This document shows positions 44,801 to 54,034 of a DNA stretch of 64,000 nucleotides, piece after piece (position 1 is the first letter of the stretch; the number at the start of each line of letters is the position of its first letter). The notes under the pieces were generated by a model. It searched no databases, was not told the DNA's origin, and saw nothing but the letters and a program-made list of their open reading frames with translations. A program made the position numbers and the translations under genes. The stretch spans positions 3,520,001-3,584,000 of the forward strand of contig OZ244653.1 of NCBI GenBank assembly GCA_965218795.1, written 5' to 3'. This stretch comes from a bacterium (GTDB lineage Bacteria > UBA8248 > JACPRG01 > G963555815).

Positions 44801-45760
44801 GTGTTCTCGTTTTTCATTCGCAGCGGCATCAACAAAATCGTCACCCTGTTTTTCGTCTCGGTCATCTCCTTCGCCATCATCCATCTTGCCCCGGGGGAGC
44901 CCAGCCAGATCGATCCGCTCAACCCGCGCTTCACCAAGGAGGACCTGCAGCGCTACCGGGCCGCCTTCGATCTGGACAGGCCGCTCCATGTCCAGTACGG
45001 GCTGTTCTACAAGAAATTCTTCACGGGCGAGTTGACCTCGTTCAAGGACAACCAGCCCATCCTCGGTAAGATATGGGTCCGGTTTCTCAACAGCCTTCCA
45101 CTGTTCATCGTAGGGACGATCCTGACTTGGTGTTTGGCGTTCCCCGTCGGGGTCGGCTCGGCCCTGGCCCGTGGCAGCGCCTATGATCGTGTGACCACCT
45201 TTTTCTCGTTCGCCCTGATCTCCATCCCCGGCTTTTTTCTGGCCTACATGCTGATCATCTTCGTCGTCCAGACGCTGGAGGTTCCCGTGCTGGGACTCCG
45301 GACGTTTGGGCGCGAGGGGATCGGGTTCCTGTTCTCCTCCATGGACCGGGTTTGGCACCTGGTGCTGCCGTCCCTGCTGGGTGCCACGGCGGGGATTGCC
45401 GTCCTGGCCCGCTACGTGCGGGCTCAGATGATCGAGGTCATGAGCCAGGATTACGTCCGCACCGCCCATGCCAAGGGCCTGTCGGGGGAGAAGGTCTATT
45501 ACGTGCACGCGCTGCGCAACGCGATGCTCCCGTTCGTGACGATGTTCGGCCTGATCCTCCCCAGCTTGATTGGCGGCTCGGTCATCATCGAGACCATCTT
45601 TGCCTGGCCGGGCATGGGGCGCATGGGTTACGAGGCGATCCTCGCGCGAGACTACCCGATCGTCATCAGTCTGAACTTCATCGCTGCAATCCTGACGCTC
45701 ATCGGCACGTTCATTTCGGATCTGCTCTACATGGTGGTGGATCCCCGCATCAAGCTGTAA
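44801..45760 (+). CDS. Peptide ABC permease (OppB/DppB-like)
   Basis: DYVRTAHAKGL, HALRNA, ETIFAWPGMG, RDYP, DPRI. Confidence 0.93.
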   Translation: MFSFFIRSGINKIVTLFFVSVISFAIIHLAPGEPSQIDPLNPRFTKEDLQRYRAAFDLDRPLHVQYGLFYKKFFTGELTSFKDNQPILGKIWVRFLNSLPLFIVGTILTWCLAFPVGVGSALARGSAYDRVTTFFSFALISIPGFFLAYMLIIFVVQTLEVPVLGLRTFGREGIGFLFSSMDRVWHLVLPSLLGATAGIAVLARYVRAQMIEVMSQDYVRTAHAKGLSGEKVYYVHALRNAMLPFVTMFGLILPSLIGGSVIIETIFAWPGMGRMGYEAILARDYPIVISLNFIAAILTLIGTFISDLLYMVVDPRIKL

Positions 45761-45781
45761 CGGCGCAAGGGTGAAAACGGC

Positions 45782-46747
45782 ATGACAACGACCTCGGCGA
45801 GAACGGTCAAGGAGACAATCGCCCTGGAGATCGACAAGCCATCGACCCGGATCTGGCGAAGCCTGAAGAGTAACCGGCTGGCGATGGGAGGTTCGATCGT
45901 GCTGGTCCTCTTCTTCGTGACGGCCGGGGTGGGATGGATGGGCACCGCCGGGGGATCGCCTTTGCTCGATTCCTCCGTCGTCCGGCTGCCGGACAAGCTC
46001 CTCCCGCCGTTCTCAAAGCCCAATGCGGATGCCGTTCCGAAGAAGGACCTGCCGGTCCTCGGCGTATATGTGTTGGGAACGGACGAGCTGGGGCGCGACG
46101 TCTTCGCCCGGATGATGGAGGGCGCGCGGGTTTCGTTGGCGGTCGGGTTCGTGTCGGTCGGCATTGCCATCGTCCTGGGTGTTTCACTCGGCGGCATGGC
46201 GGGATTTCTTGGCCACCAGTGGCGGTGGGTGGACATGGTCTTTCTCGGCATGGTGGATATCATGTTGAGCTTCCCGACCTTCTTTCTGATCCTGACGGTC
46301 ATTGCGGTTCTTCCGCCCAGTATCTGGAACATTATGATCGTGATCGGTATCACCGGCTGGGTGGGGCCGGCGCGTTTCGTGCGGGCGGAGATCCTCTCGC
46401 TCCGGGAGCAGGAGTTCATCCTGGCCGCTCGCTCGCTGGGGGCCGGGGCTTGGCGGTTGGTGTTTCAGCATCTCATTCCCAATTCGATGGGACCGGTGAT
46501 GGTTTCAGGAGTCCTCGGGATTGCGACGGCAATCTTGACCGAGGCGGGGCTGTCGTTTCTGGGTTTTGGGGTGCCCCCTCCGGACGCCACGTGGGGGAAC
46601 ATCCTCTCCGATGGAAGGAAGTACATCTTCGATGCGCCTTGGCTGACGTTCGCGCCGGGCATCACCATCCTGGTTGTGGTGTTGGCCTTCAACCTGTTCG
46701 GCGAGGGGTTGCGCGACGCCCTGAATCCAAAGCTGCGGGACGGATAG
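45782..46747 (+). CDS. Peptide ABC permease (OppC/DppC-like)
   Basis: LGTDELGRD, EFILAARSLG, EAGLSFLG, GEGLRDALNP. Confidence 0.93.
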   Translation: MTTTSARTVKETIALEIDKPSTRIWRSLKSNRLAMGGSIVLVLFFVTAGVGWMGTAGGSPLLDSSVVRLPDKLLPPFSKPNADAVPKKDLPVLGVYVLGTDELGRDVFARMMEGARVSLAVGFVSVGIAIVLGVSLGGMAGFLGHQWRWVDMVFLGMVDIMLSFPTFFLILTVIAVLPPSIWNIMIVIGITGWVGPARFVRAEILSLREQEFILAARSLGAGAWRLVFQHLIPNSMGPVMVSGVLGIATAILTEAGLSFLGFGVPPPDATWGNILSDGRKYIFDAPWLTFAPGITILVVVLAFNLFGEGLRDALNPKLRDG

Positions 46748-46826
46748 GGGCGGGAAATCGCATTGTTTGACAGCCTTTGGAGCGGTATGTAAATTTTCCC
46801 GTGGATGAACGATGATCCCTCCCGGT

Positions 46827-46913
46827 GCCGAAGTGGTGGAACTGGTAGACACGCTATCTTGAGGGGGTAGTGGGGTTCTCCCCGTGGGGGTTCGAGTCCC
46901 CCCTTCGGCACCA
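46827..46913 (+). tRNA. tRNA-Leu (anticodon GAG)
   Basis: GCCGAAG acceptor stem, CTATC-TTGAGGG-GGTAG anticodon arm, long variable arm, GGTTCGAGTCC, encoded CCA; 87 nt. Confidence 0.97.
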
Positions 46914-47102
46914 TATGTTTTGATTCTTCAGGGGCGGCAACCTGCCGCAGCGATTTCCCGGTTTCCGGGACCCGTTCACATGAGGTTTGACCCGCCGCCG
47001 CGCCCTGTCTTCCGCTTCTCGTGATCCATCCGCAAAGATCGAGGCGAACAGCGTCCACCCAAGGCGCGCCGGGCTTGGTCGCGCAGGGCGCAATGAGATT
47101 TC

Positions 47103-47447
47103 CTACCGGAGGAATTCGTTGACGGCGGCGGCGAAGAAGTTGAATTTGGCGCCCGGCAGGCGCCGGTTGCAATAGAGGGTGAGCTTTTCGTAATCCTCCC
47201 GCCTCAGGTCGATCCTCTCGGAGATGAACTCCCGCCCGAAGAACGCGCCGATACGCCCGTGGAGAGTCACGGTCATCGGCCCGACGTGATGCGTGCCCGT
47301 GGGGGCGTAATAATCGTGGGTCTTCCGCTCCATCTCGCCGCCCACTTTCTTGAGGGCGGCGTTCATGGCGGCAATCACCGCGTCGCCCCGGCTGGGTTTG
47401 TGGAGGATGATTTCATGCGCTTCCTGATGATCCGTTCCGGTTGCCAT
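47103..47447 (-). CDS. Hypothetical protein
   Basis: GC-rich third positions and purine-rich upstream region; no family recognised. Confidence 0.55.
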   Translation of the reverse strand: MATGTDHQEAHEIILHKPSRGDAVIAAMNAALKKVGGEMERKTHDYYAPTGTHHVGPMTVTLHGRIGAFFGREFISERIDLRREDYEKLTLYCNRRLPGAKFNFFAAAVNEFLR

Positions 47448-47719
47448 TCTTGGTCTCTTCCTCTGGATGGCTCCTGTGATTCGAATGGATGGTCTCCCGC
47501 CTCTACCGGCCGCCCGAAAAAATTTTCGCGTTCCAGCCGGATGAATCCGCCGGATGGGGCAACCCTCCCCGGGTCGGTTACAATGAAATTATAATTCAAT
47601 GACGAAGCAGGCACATCACCTGTTCACTTTGGCCGGGGCGGGTACAGGACGGCCATCTGACTTGAACGGTGCGGCCGGGCTCCAGGGTCTGGGTTGATTG
47701 CACCCCAGGGGGGACTTCC

Positions 47720-49099
47720 ATGGCGACGGAATTCGACGCGATTATCATCGGGACCGGTCAGGCGGGTCCGTCCCTTGCCGGGCGGTTGAACGCCGAAGGG
47801 CTGAAGACCGCCGTTATCGAGCGCAAGCTGATCGGCGGGACCTGCGTCAACGTCGGCTGTATCCCGACCAAGACCCTGGTGGCGAGCGCGCGGGCCGCCC
47901 ACGTGGCCCGGCGCGGCCCCGACTTCGGCGTCATGATCGACGGCCCCGTCCGGGTGGACATGAAGAAGGTCAAGGCCCGGATGAAGGGGATATCGGGCGA
48001 GTCGAACCAGAGCCTCGCCGGGTGGCTGGAGGGGATGGAGAACGTCATCCTCTATCGGGGACATGGGCGGTTCGAAGGGCCGAACACCGTCAGCGTGGAC
48101 GGAGAGATCCTCGAGGCGGAGCGGATTTTCATCAACGTGGGCGGGCGGGCCTACGCGCCGGCCTGGCCCGGCCTGGATGAGGTGCCCTACCTGGACAATG
48201 CCAGCGTGATGGAAGTGGACTTCCTCCCGGAGCACCTGATCGTTGTCGGCGGAGGGTACATCGGCCTGGAGTTCGCTCAAATGTACCGGCGGTTCGGAAG
48301 CGAGGTGACCGTCATCCAGCGCGGTCCGCGTCTCATCCCGCGCGATGACGAGGACGTTTCGGACACCATCCGGGAGATCCTCGAGAAAGAGGGGATTCAG
48401 GTCCGGCTGGATGCCGATTGCTTCACGGCCCGGAAGGAAGGCGACCGGATCATCGTCGGCGTGGATTGCGAGGAGGGATCGCCCGAGGTCAGCGGGTCGC
48501 ATCTCCTTCTCGCGGTCGGCCGCACGCCCAACACCCACGACCTCGGACTGGACCAGGCCGGGGTGCGGACGGACGATCGGGGGTTCGTCGAAGTGGACGA
48601 CGCGCTGCAGACGAGCGTCTCCGGCGTCTGGGCCTTGGGCGACTGCAACGGCCGGGGGGCCTTTACGCACACCTCCTACAACGATTACGAGATTGTCGCG
48701 GCCAACCTCTTCGACGATGATACGCGCCGCGTGAGCGACCGGATCCTCTGCTACGGGCTGTTCATCGACCCGCCTCTGGGGAGAGTGGGCATGACCGAGC
48801 GCGAGGCCCGGGAGTCGGGGCGGAACGTGATGGTCGGCTACCGGGAGATGGCCTCCATCGGCCGCGCCCGCGAGCGGAGCGAGACCGACGGGTTCATGAA
48901 GGTTCTTGTGGACGGCGACACGCAGGAGATCATCGGGGCCGCCATCCTCGGCGTCAACGGCGACGAGGCCGTTCATACCCTGCTGCCCGCCATGTACGCG
49001 AAGGCCCCCTATACGGTCATCTCCCGGGCGGTCCACATCCACCCGACCATCGCGGAGCTCCTGCCGACGGTCCTCCAGGGTCTGAGGCCGCTGGAATAG
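47720..49099 (+). CDS. FAD-dependent pyridine nucleotide-disulfide oxidoreductase (MerA/Lpd superfamily, not true MerA)
   Basis: GTGQAG, GGTCVNVGC, GGGYIGLE, HIHPT; no C-terminal Cys pair. Confidence 0.9.
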   Translation: MATEFDAIIIGTGQAGPSLAGRLNAEGLKTAVIERKLIGGTCVNVGCIPTKTLVASARAAHVARRGPDFGVMIDGPVRVDMKKVKARMKGISGESNQSLAGWLEGMENVILYRGHGRFEGPNTVSVDGEILEAERIFINVGGRAYAPAWPGLDEVPYLDNASVMEVDFLPEHLIVVGGGYIGLEFAQMYRRFGSEVTVIQRGPRLIPRDDEDVSDTIREILEKEGIQVRLDADCFTARKEGDRIIVGVDCEEGSPEVSGSHLLLAVGRTPNTHDLGLDQAGVRTDDRGFVEVDDALQTSVSGVWALGDCNGRGAFTHTSYNDYEIVAANLFDDDTRRVSDRILCYGLFIDPPLGRVGMTEREARESGRNVMVGYREMASIGRARERSETDGFMKVLVDGDTQEIIGAAILGVNGDEAVHTLLPAMYAKAPYTVISRAVHIHPTIAELLPTVLQGLRPLE

Positions 49100-49297
49100 C
49101 CTGCCGCCTCAGCCCGGCCGGGACTCCCGCCGCCAAGCCGTGGGAGTCCGCCTGCCCGCCGCATCCCTGGGGGAGCCGACCCCTTCGGAGTGTCGTATCC
49201 TTTCCGGAAAATTCAATCCTTATTGGTCCCGGCTGAAGGAGAGCGCGCGATGAGTGAAAAGGGAAAATAAATCCATTCCCTTTTCTGTTGTCTGATG

Positions 49298-49323
49298 TGG
49301 ATTCCCGCCTGCGCGGGAATGAC
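49298..49323 (+). repeat. REP-like palindrome
   Basis: TGGATTCCCGCCTGCGCGGGAATGAC, the widespread ATTCCCGC..GCGGGAAT hairpin. Confidence 0.75.
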
Positions 49324-49399
49324 GGGTTGGGGGGCCGCAGGAGTTCTTGTGGCGGGTGTGGGACGCCGCCCCTGCATCCTGGATCCCGCTCCCCGGCTA

Positions 49400-50216
49400 G
49401 AGCCTGTTAACCCTAGCGCAGTGCATCGACGATGAGCGCGAACAGGATGAAGCCGAGGTACAGGGCGTCGAGTTTCTCGAAGCGGGAGAAGATCCGGCGA
49501 AAGCCCTTCAATCGACGGAACAGACGCTCGATCTCGTTGCGCCTCTTCTACGTCTCCCGGTCGTACGCCCAAGGGGCGATCCGGGTCCTAAGAGGCGGAA
49601 CCACGGGCGCGTACCCCAGCGCCAAGGCCAGTGGGCGTGTCTCGCTGCCCTCGTATGCGCGATCCATCACCAAGGACGGGTTGCCGTGCCGCCGACCCAG
49701 GCGGTGCAGCAGCTTGCGCCCTTCCGGCGCATCGTGGGCCTGTCAGGGCGACAGCGCGAAGGTCAGGGCCGTTCGAGCATCCGCGGCAACCAGATGAATC
49801 CTGGTGGTCCACCCGCCCCGGGACTGGCCGATGGACTGGGGGCCGTTTTTTGTAGCGCACCCGTTCCGTCGGGATGGACCTTGACGATGGCGCTGTCCAG
49901 CGACACCGCCTCAAGCTGGATGCGCACGATCCGTTCCCGCTGCAACTGCTCGAAGACCCGGTCGAGCACCCCGTTCCTGGACCAGCGGTTCATCCGGGTG
50001 TAGATGGTGTGCCAGTTGCCGAACCGGGTCGGCAGCCCCCGCCACTTGCAGCCATGCTCGGCGACGTATACAGGATGGCGTTGAGCACTTGCAGGTTCGA
50101 CAGGCTGACGTTGCCGCGTTGCACCGGCAGGGAGGGTGCAATGCGTTCGTACTGAGCTTGGGTGATCTCCATCCGCAAAGGATAGCATAACCCCACCCAT
50201 TAGTGCTAACAGGCTC
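49400..50216 (-). mobile_element. IS5-family element (two-ORF, -1 frameshift type), inactivated
   Basis: TIRs GAGCCTGTTAAC / GCTAACAGGCTC, cTAg at both ends; transposase 50172-49413 with A6C slip site, 2-nt insertion near 50068 and TAG at 49548-49550. Confidence 0.88.
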
Positions 50217-50378
50217 TAGACCCCTGTCCATTGTGTCCATCGAGAACTGTCTCTGTTCGAGCAGCTCAAGAAAGTCTTCACCCTGCCGAATCGCGGACTG
50301 GCTCAGGCTGTTCTGAGATGGTATTCCCCTGACAGTTGGCCACGTTGTGCAGCGTGGTCATGCCGCCCCTGGGGAGTG

Positions 50379-51195
50379 TGTAGGATGGAGTTATCACCCT
50401 TCACCCCCACCCTGACCAGGAGACAGGACATGACCACGAAGGACAAGGCAGCACGACGCAAGCTGTCGCTGCTGGAGCTCGCCAAGGAACTGGACAACGT
50501 AAGCCGCGCCTGCAAGGTGATGGGGTACTCACGGCAGCAGTTCTACGAGATCCGGCGCAACTTCCAGACCTGCGGCGCCGAAGGGCTGATCGACCGACTG
50601 CCCGGACCGCACCCGAACCGGGTGGCGGCACAGGTCGAGGCGGCGATCCTGGATCATGCGCTGGAGCATCCGTGCCACGGTGCACTGCGGGTCGAGCAGG
50701 AACTGAGACTCAAGGGCATCCAGGTCTCCTCGCGCGGGGTGCGCGGGGTGTGCAGCGCCACGGGCTGTTGACCAGGCACGAGCGCCTGCTACGGCTGGAG
50801 ACGGCCACGGCCGAACGCAGGCTCGAGCTCAGCGAGGAGCAGACCCGGCTCCTGGAACGGTTCTCACCGGAGTTCCGAGAACGCCCCATACCGGCTCCCT
50901 GGTGGCCGTCGATACCTTCTTCGTCGGCGCCCTCAAGGGCGTGGGCAAGGTCTATCTGCAGACCGCGATCGACTGCCATTCACGCCATGCCTGGGCGCGC
51001 TTGTACCCGAACAAGCTGCCGGTGACCGCCGTGCACCTGATGAACAACGACGTGCTGTCGACCTTCGAGGCCGCCGGCACGCGCATCGAGGTGGTATTGT
51101 CAGACAATGGCCGCGAGTTCTGCGGCCGGCCCGACAGGCATCCCTACGAGCTGTTCCTGCGTCATGATAGCTTGAGTCAAGGTCTTCCTGCCTGA
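50379..51195 (+). mobile_element. IS481-family element remnant
   Basis: Starts TGTAGG; NVSRACKVMGYSRQQFY HTH, VDTFFVG, SDNGREF; frameshifts, 3' truncation after PYELFL. Confidence 0.85.
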
Positions 51196-51256
51196 TCGGA
51201 TTCCTCGCAGGGGCCTGAGGCCCCTCCGTCGGAAGGCGGGCATCCATCGCAAGATG

Positions 51257-51312
51257 AAAGTTTTTGAGGGGGGATGGGGGAGACAATTTTCAAAATGCCC
51301 CCCCCAAATTTC
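51257..51312 (+). repeat. Intergenic hairpin repeat, divergent copy D
   Basis: AAAGTTTTTGAGGGGGGATGGGGG..TTTTCAAAATGCCCCCCC, same layout as copies B and C. Confidence 0.6.
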
Positions 51313-51434
51313 GGGAATTACATTCTTAACTTGACAAGGGGGCACGGGCGGGGCAGGTCTCCTTCAAAGGGAGACATCCGGCCGGAGTCAAAACCGGATG
51401 CTGGATTGGCTCCCCCGCACGCGAAGGATGGATT

Positions 51435-51653
51435 TCACGAAGTTGGTAAATACCCTTCTCGAGTTGCGGCATCGAGCATTTGCGGAAGGGCCTCGACAGG
51501 AAACTCACCACCACGGGCAGGCTTCCCATTTCGGTCAAACCAAGTGTATTTGACGGATTTGATGGTCTCGTCTCCCCCAGCCCATGAAGCCACCCCAAGG
51601 CGAATTTTACAGTTTTCGTCATTTCTTGCTGTCTCTTCATGCTCTGTTTCCAT
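51435..51653 (-). CDS. Small hypothetical cargo protein (72 aa)
   Basis: GAGGGG RBS; globular sequence SVKYTWFD..ARGGE. Confidence 0.65.
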   Translation of the reverse strand: METEHEETARNDENCKIRLGVASWAGGDETIKSVKYTWFDRNGKPARGGEFPVEALPQMLDAATREGYLPTS

Positions 51654-51666
51654 TCTCTAGCCCCTC

Positions 51667-51852
51667 TCAGTAATGCAGCTCGTTCCAGTCGAATTCGATG
51701 CAGGATCGTTTTATTGCGACCTGATTGTCGAATGGATCCGCTGTGAATTCTTCATACAGCCATTTCGCTTCCCGCTCTAGGTTGAACAGGGGAACCCCCT
51801 GCATGATGGCCCTCGCAAGAAGGCGTCGCTCCGCAAATTCTTTGAAAGTCAT
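51667..51852 (-). CDS. Small hypothetical cargo protein (61 aa)
   Basis: GGAGG upstream; 13 nt before next ORF. Confidence 0.5.
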   Translation of the reverse strand: MTFKEFAERRLLARAIMQGVPLFNLEREAKWLYEEFTADPFDNQVAIKRSCIEFDWNELHY

Positions 51853-51894
51853 TTTCCAATTTCCTCCCCTGGGGCACTTGTCCCCATGAAGGTA

Positions 51895-51923
51895 TTGACA
51901 AATGTGTTGTAGGGAAGTAAATT
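51895..51923 (+). promoter_or_regulatory. Sigma70-like promoter antisense to cargo
   Basis: TTGACA-17nt-TAAATT. Confidence 0.55.
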
Positions 51924-51995
51924 GGAGGGTGTCTTAGGTCCTACCAATCCACTTCCGGTCAACCAATGTTCTGTGATACCCCCACTGGGGGCGGC

Positions 51996-52122
51996 TTATT
52001 GGTCCGTGTCGCCTTCATCCTCGGGCATCGGTCGCCGATACTTGACCTCACGTTTCGGCGTTTCCACCAGCGCCCGGTTGGCTTCCTCGGGGTTCCAGCC
52101 CTACGAGATTCAACTCACGCAT
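51996..52122 (-). pseudogene. Second copy of the element-linked short peptide, one extra base
   Basis: MRELNLVGLEP / EEANRALVETPKREVKYRRPMPEDEGDTDQ; start overlaps upstream stop. Confidence 0.6.
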
Positions 52123-52417
52123 CGGGGGGGATCCAATTTTCTTGTAGCCAATTAAACATACTTCTGTCATCCTTAGAAGGACCAAATCCGGCCCAATCTT
52201 TTATTACCACCTCCGAGACAAGGAGAGTGGATCCAGGAGCCAACCCTTTAATTTGTTCTCGAATGGATTGTGCATTAATTTCTTTCTCAAACACGATCAG
52301 CCATACACCATCAATCCAGTGCCACCAAAAGGCTTCCTGCTCTTCTATCCATTTACGGATAGACTCGTTAATCTCTTTCGTCTGAGAATCGATGCCGACG
52401 AAGAAATGACGCCTCAT
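52115..52417 (-). CDS. Small Trp-rich alpha/beta cargo protein (100 aa)
   Basis: WWHWIDGVWLI, WAGFG, FNWL; ATGA-coupled to upstream gene; low GC. Confidence 0.7.
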   Translation of the reverse strand: MRRHFFVGIDSQTKEINESIRKWIEEQEAFWWHWIDGVWLIVFEKEINAQSIREQIKGLAPGSTLLVSEVVIKDWAGFGPSKDDRSMFNWLQENWIPPDA

Positions 52418-52772
52418 TCTTTCTTTTCATCCTCACCATTGAATTGCGATGGCAATTTGATGGTTCCGTCGATATCAATGAATACCCCCTTGCTGTCATC
52501 GCCTTTCCAATGCTCAATGGCCATTTTGATGAGTGAAAATTTCTCTGACCGAAGAAGGGATGGGTCTCTGAAAAAGGCACAGATAAATACCACCAATAAA
52601 ATCACTAAGGACAAAGCAATCAATGCGAGAATAAATTTAATTACATAATGGGGAGCCTCAACAGACAGGCTCAAAATCAGTGCAGAACATATGGTCCCAA
52701 TGCAATAAGGATAGTGGACTTTTTCCACGTCCCCTGAGACTGCTCAAGGAATGATTTAAGGAAATTGACCAT
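52414..52772 (-). CDS. Two-TM cargo protein, probably frameshifted near 5' end
   Basis: TM pair then RDPSLLRSEKF; plausible N-terminus MVNFLKSFLEQSQGTWKKSTILIALG from 52772 is in another frame; in-frame GTG at 52728. Confidence 0.55.
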
Positions 52773-52799
52773 ATCCACAACCTTCTGGGTGGAGGCCGC

Positions 52800-52828
52800 T
52801 TGACACAACGGGTGGGTGGGTGCATATT
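52800..52828 (+). promoter_or_regulatory. Sigma70-like promoter antisense to cargo
   Basis: TTGACA-17nt-CATATT. Confidence 0.5.
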
Positions 52829-52881
52829 CTTACCCGCGCGCGCTGTCCGCATGGCCTCCTAAGATCGTGTTTGCGGACCAC

Positions 52882-52912
52882 AAAGCCAGGACCCGACGTC
52901 CTGGCTTTTGTG
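52882..52912 (+). terminator. Intrinsic terminator-like hairpin
   Basis: AAAGCCAGGAC-ccgac-GTCCTGGCTTT followed by TGTG. Confidence 0.6.
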
Positions 52913-52925
52913 CGTCTAGACTGTG

Positions 52926-53078
52926 TTATTCGCCTTCTTGCTTCTCCTCCTCGGGCATGGGCCGGCTGTATTTGACCTCGGGTTTTTCCTTCACCAGCGC
53001 CCGGTTGACCTCTTCGAATTTCCCGTAGAGGGGGTTCGTCGGAGCCTCTTCGTCAGTTTCCTGCGGCTTCTCCGTCAC
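52926..53078 (-). CDS. 50-aa peptide overlapping the transposase 3' end (below ORF-track cutoff)
   Basis: MTEKPQETDEEAPTNPLYGKFEEVNRALVKEKPEVKYSRPMPEEEKQEGE; paralog at 51996-52122. Confidence 0.65.
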   Translation of the reverse strand: MTEKPQETDEEAPTNPLYGKFEEVNRALVKEKPEVKYSRPMPEEEKQEGE

Positions 53079-53985
53079 TGATAAGCTCCCGGTACGGCAG
53101 GCGTTTTCCGAACATGCCCCGCGCGATCTGTTCGAGGCACCGCAGCGTATCGCCCTTCATGTTATGGCGACCGGAGAACTCGGTCAAGTATCGATGCAGG
53201 TGCTTCACGCTCATCTGGTGATAAATCCCGTAGTGCCCGCGCTTCAGGAGCGCCCAGAAGCTCTCGATCCCGTTCGTGTGGACCTGGTTGCGGACGTACT
53301 CGCCAACGGTGTGCCTCACCGTCTCGCGCACGAAGGGGATGCCTTTGTACTCGGCGGCGCTGTCCGTGTAGACCATGCTCCCGGGCCGGACGTTCTTGGT
53401 GATTTCCTCGTAGGCGATAGCCTTGTCGAACTTCTTCAGTGGAATCGCCCGAACCTTGCCCGCCTTCCGGTCCCTGATGCCCATGACCGACTGCTTCCCC
53501 ACGCCGCCGCGCCCCTGATTCAGCTTCTTCGACGAGTGCTTGTTCATCTCCTTGCCGCCGACAAACGCCTCGTCGATCTCGATCTCTCCCGGACCCATCG
53601 GCTCGCCGTGGTCAAGGTAAGCCTCTCGGATGCGGTGGGCCAGGTGCCAGGCGTTCTTCTGTGTGATGCCCAACTCCTTCGCCAACTGGACGCTCGATAT
53701 CCCCTTCCGAGCCGTGGTGATGAGATACGTCGCCAGCAGCCAAGTCCGCAACGGAAGCTTCGACTTCTCAAACACCGCCCCGGTCCTCACCGAGAAGTAT
53801 TTCCGGCAGGATTTGCACCAGTACGGCATGGGCTTGGACTTCGGAACCGGCTTCGTTTTCCCAACGGTCCCACAGTGCGGGCAGTACCGCTCCACGGGCC
53901 ACCGCAATTTCTCATAAAATCGCCGGGCCGCCCCCTCCGTCGGAAATTTCTCAGAAAATTCCAAAAAACTCATGTGCCCTTTCAT
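53053..53985 (-). CDS. IS1595-family DDE transposase, intact
   Basis: Zn ribbon CPHC/CKSC, GISSVQL HTH, EIDE, VYTD, HTNGIESFW, KHLHRYL. Confidence 0.95.
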   Translation of the reverse strand: MKGHMSFLEFSEKFPTEGAARRFYEKLRWPVERYCPHCGTVGKTKPVPKSKPMPYWCKSCRKYFSVRTGAVFEKSKLPLRTWLLATYLITTARKGISSVQLAKELGITQKNAWHLAHRIREAYLDHGEPMGPGEIEIDEAFVGGKEMNKHSSKKLNQGRGGVGKQSVMGIRDRKAGKVRAIPLKKFDKAIAYEEITKNVRPGSMVYTDSAAEYKGIPFVRETVRHTVGEYVRNQVHTNGIESFWALLKRGHYGIYHQMSVKHLHRYLTEFSGRHNMKGDTLRCLEQIARGMFGKRLPYRELISDGEAAGN

Positions 53986-54034
53986 TTACAAAGCTCCCTT
54001 TTGGCCTTACATTGAAGGGAAGGAGGTCCTCACT

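Noticed and set aside
46890-46913. tRNA 3' end as att site of an integrative element
   Set aside because: No second copy and no integrase found in the window
47720-49099. Mercuric reductase merA
   Set aside because: No C-terminal Cys-Cys, no NmerA domain, no mer genes nearby
50300-50378. Possible HNH nuclease remnant (GGMTTLHN on minus strand)
   Set aside because: Too short to support a call
52658-52852. 64-aa ORF after AGGAGG
   Set aside because: SD is only 2 nt from the ATG and the ORF runs through the promoter/hairpin region; better read as non-coding
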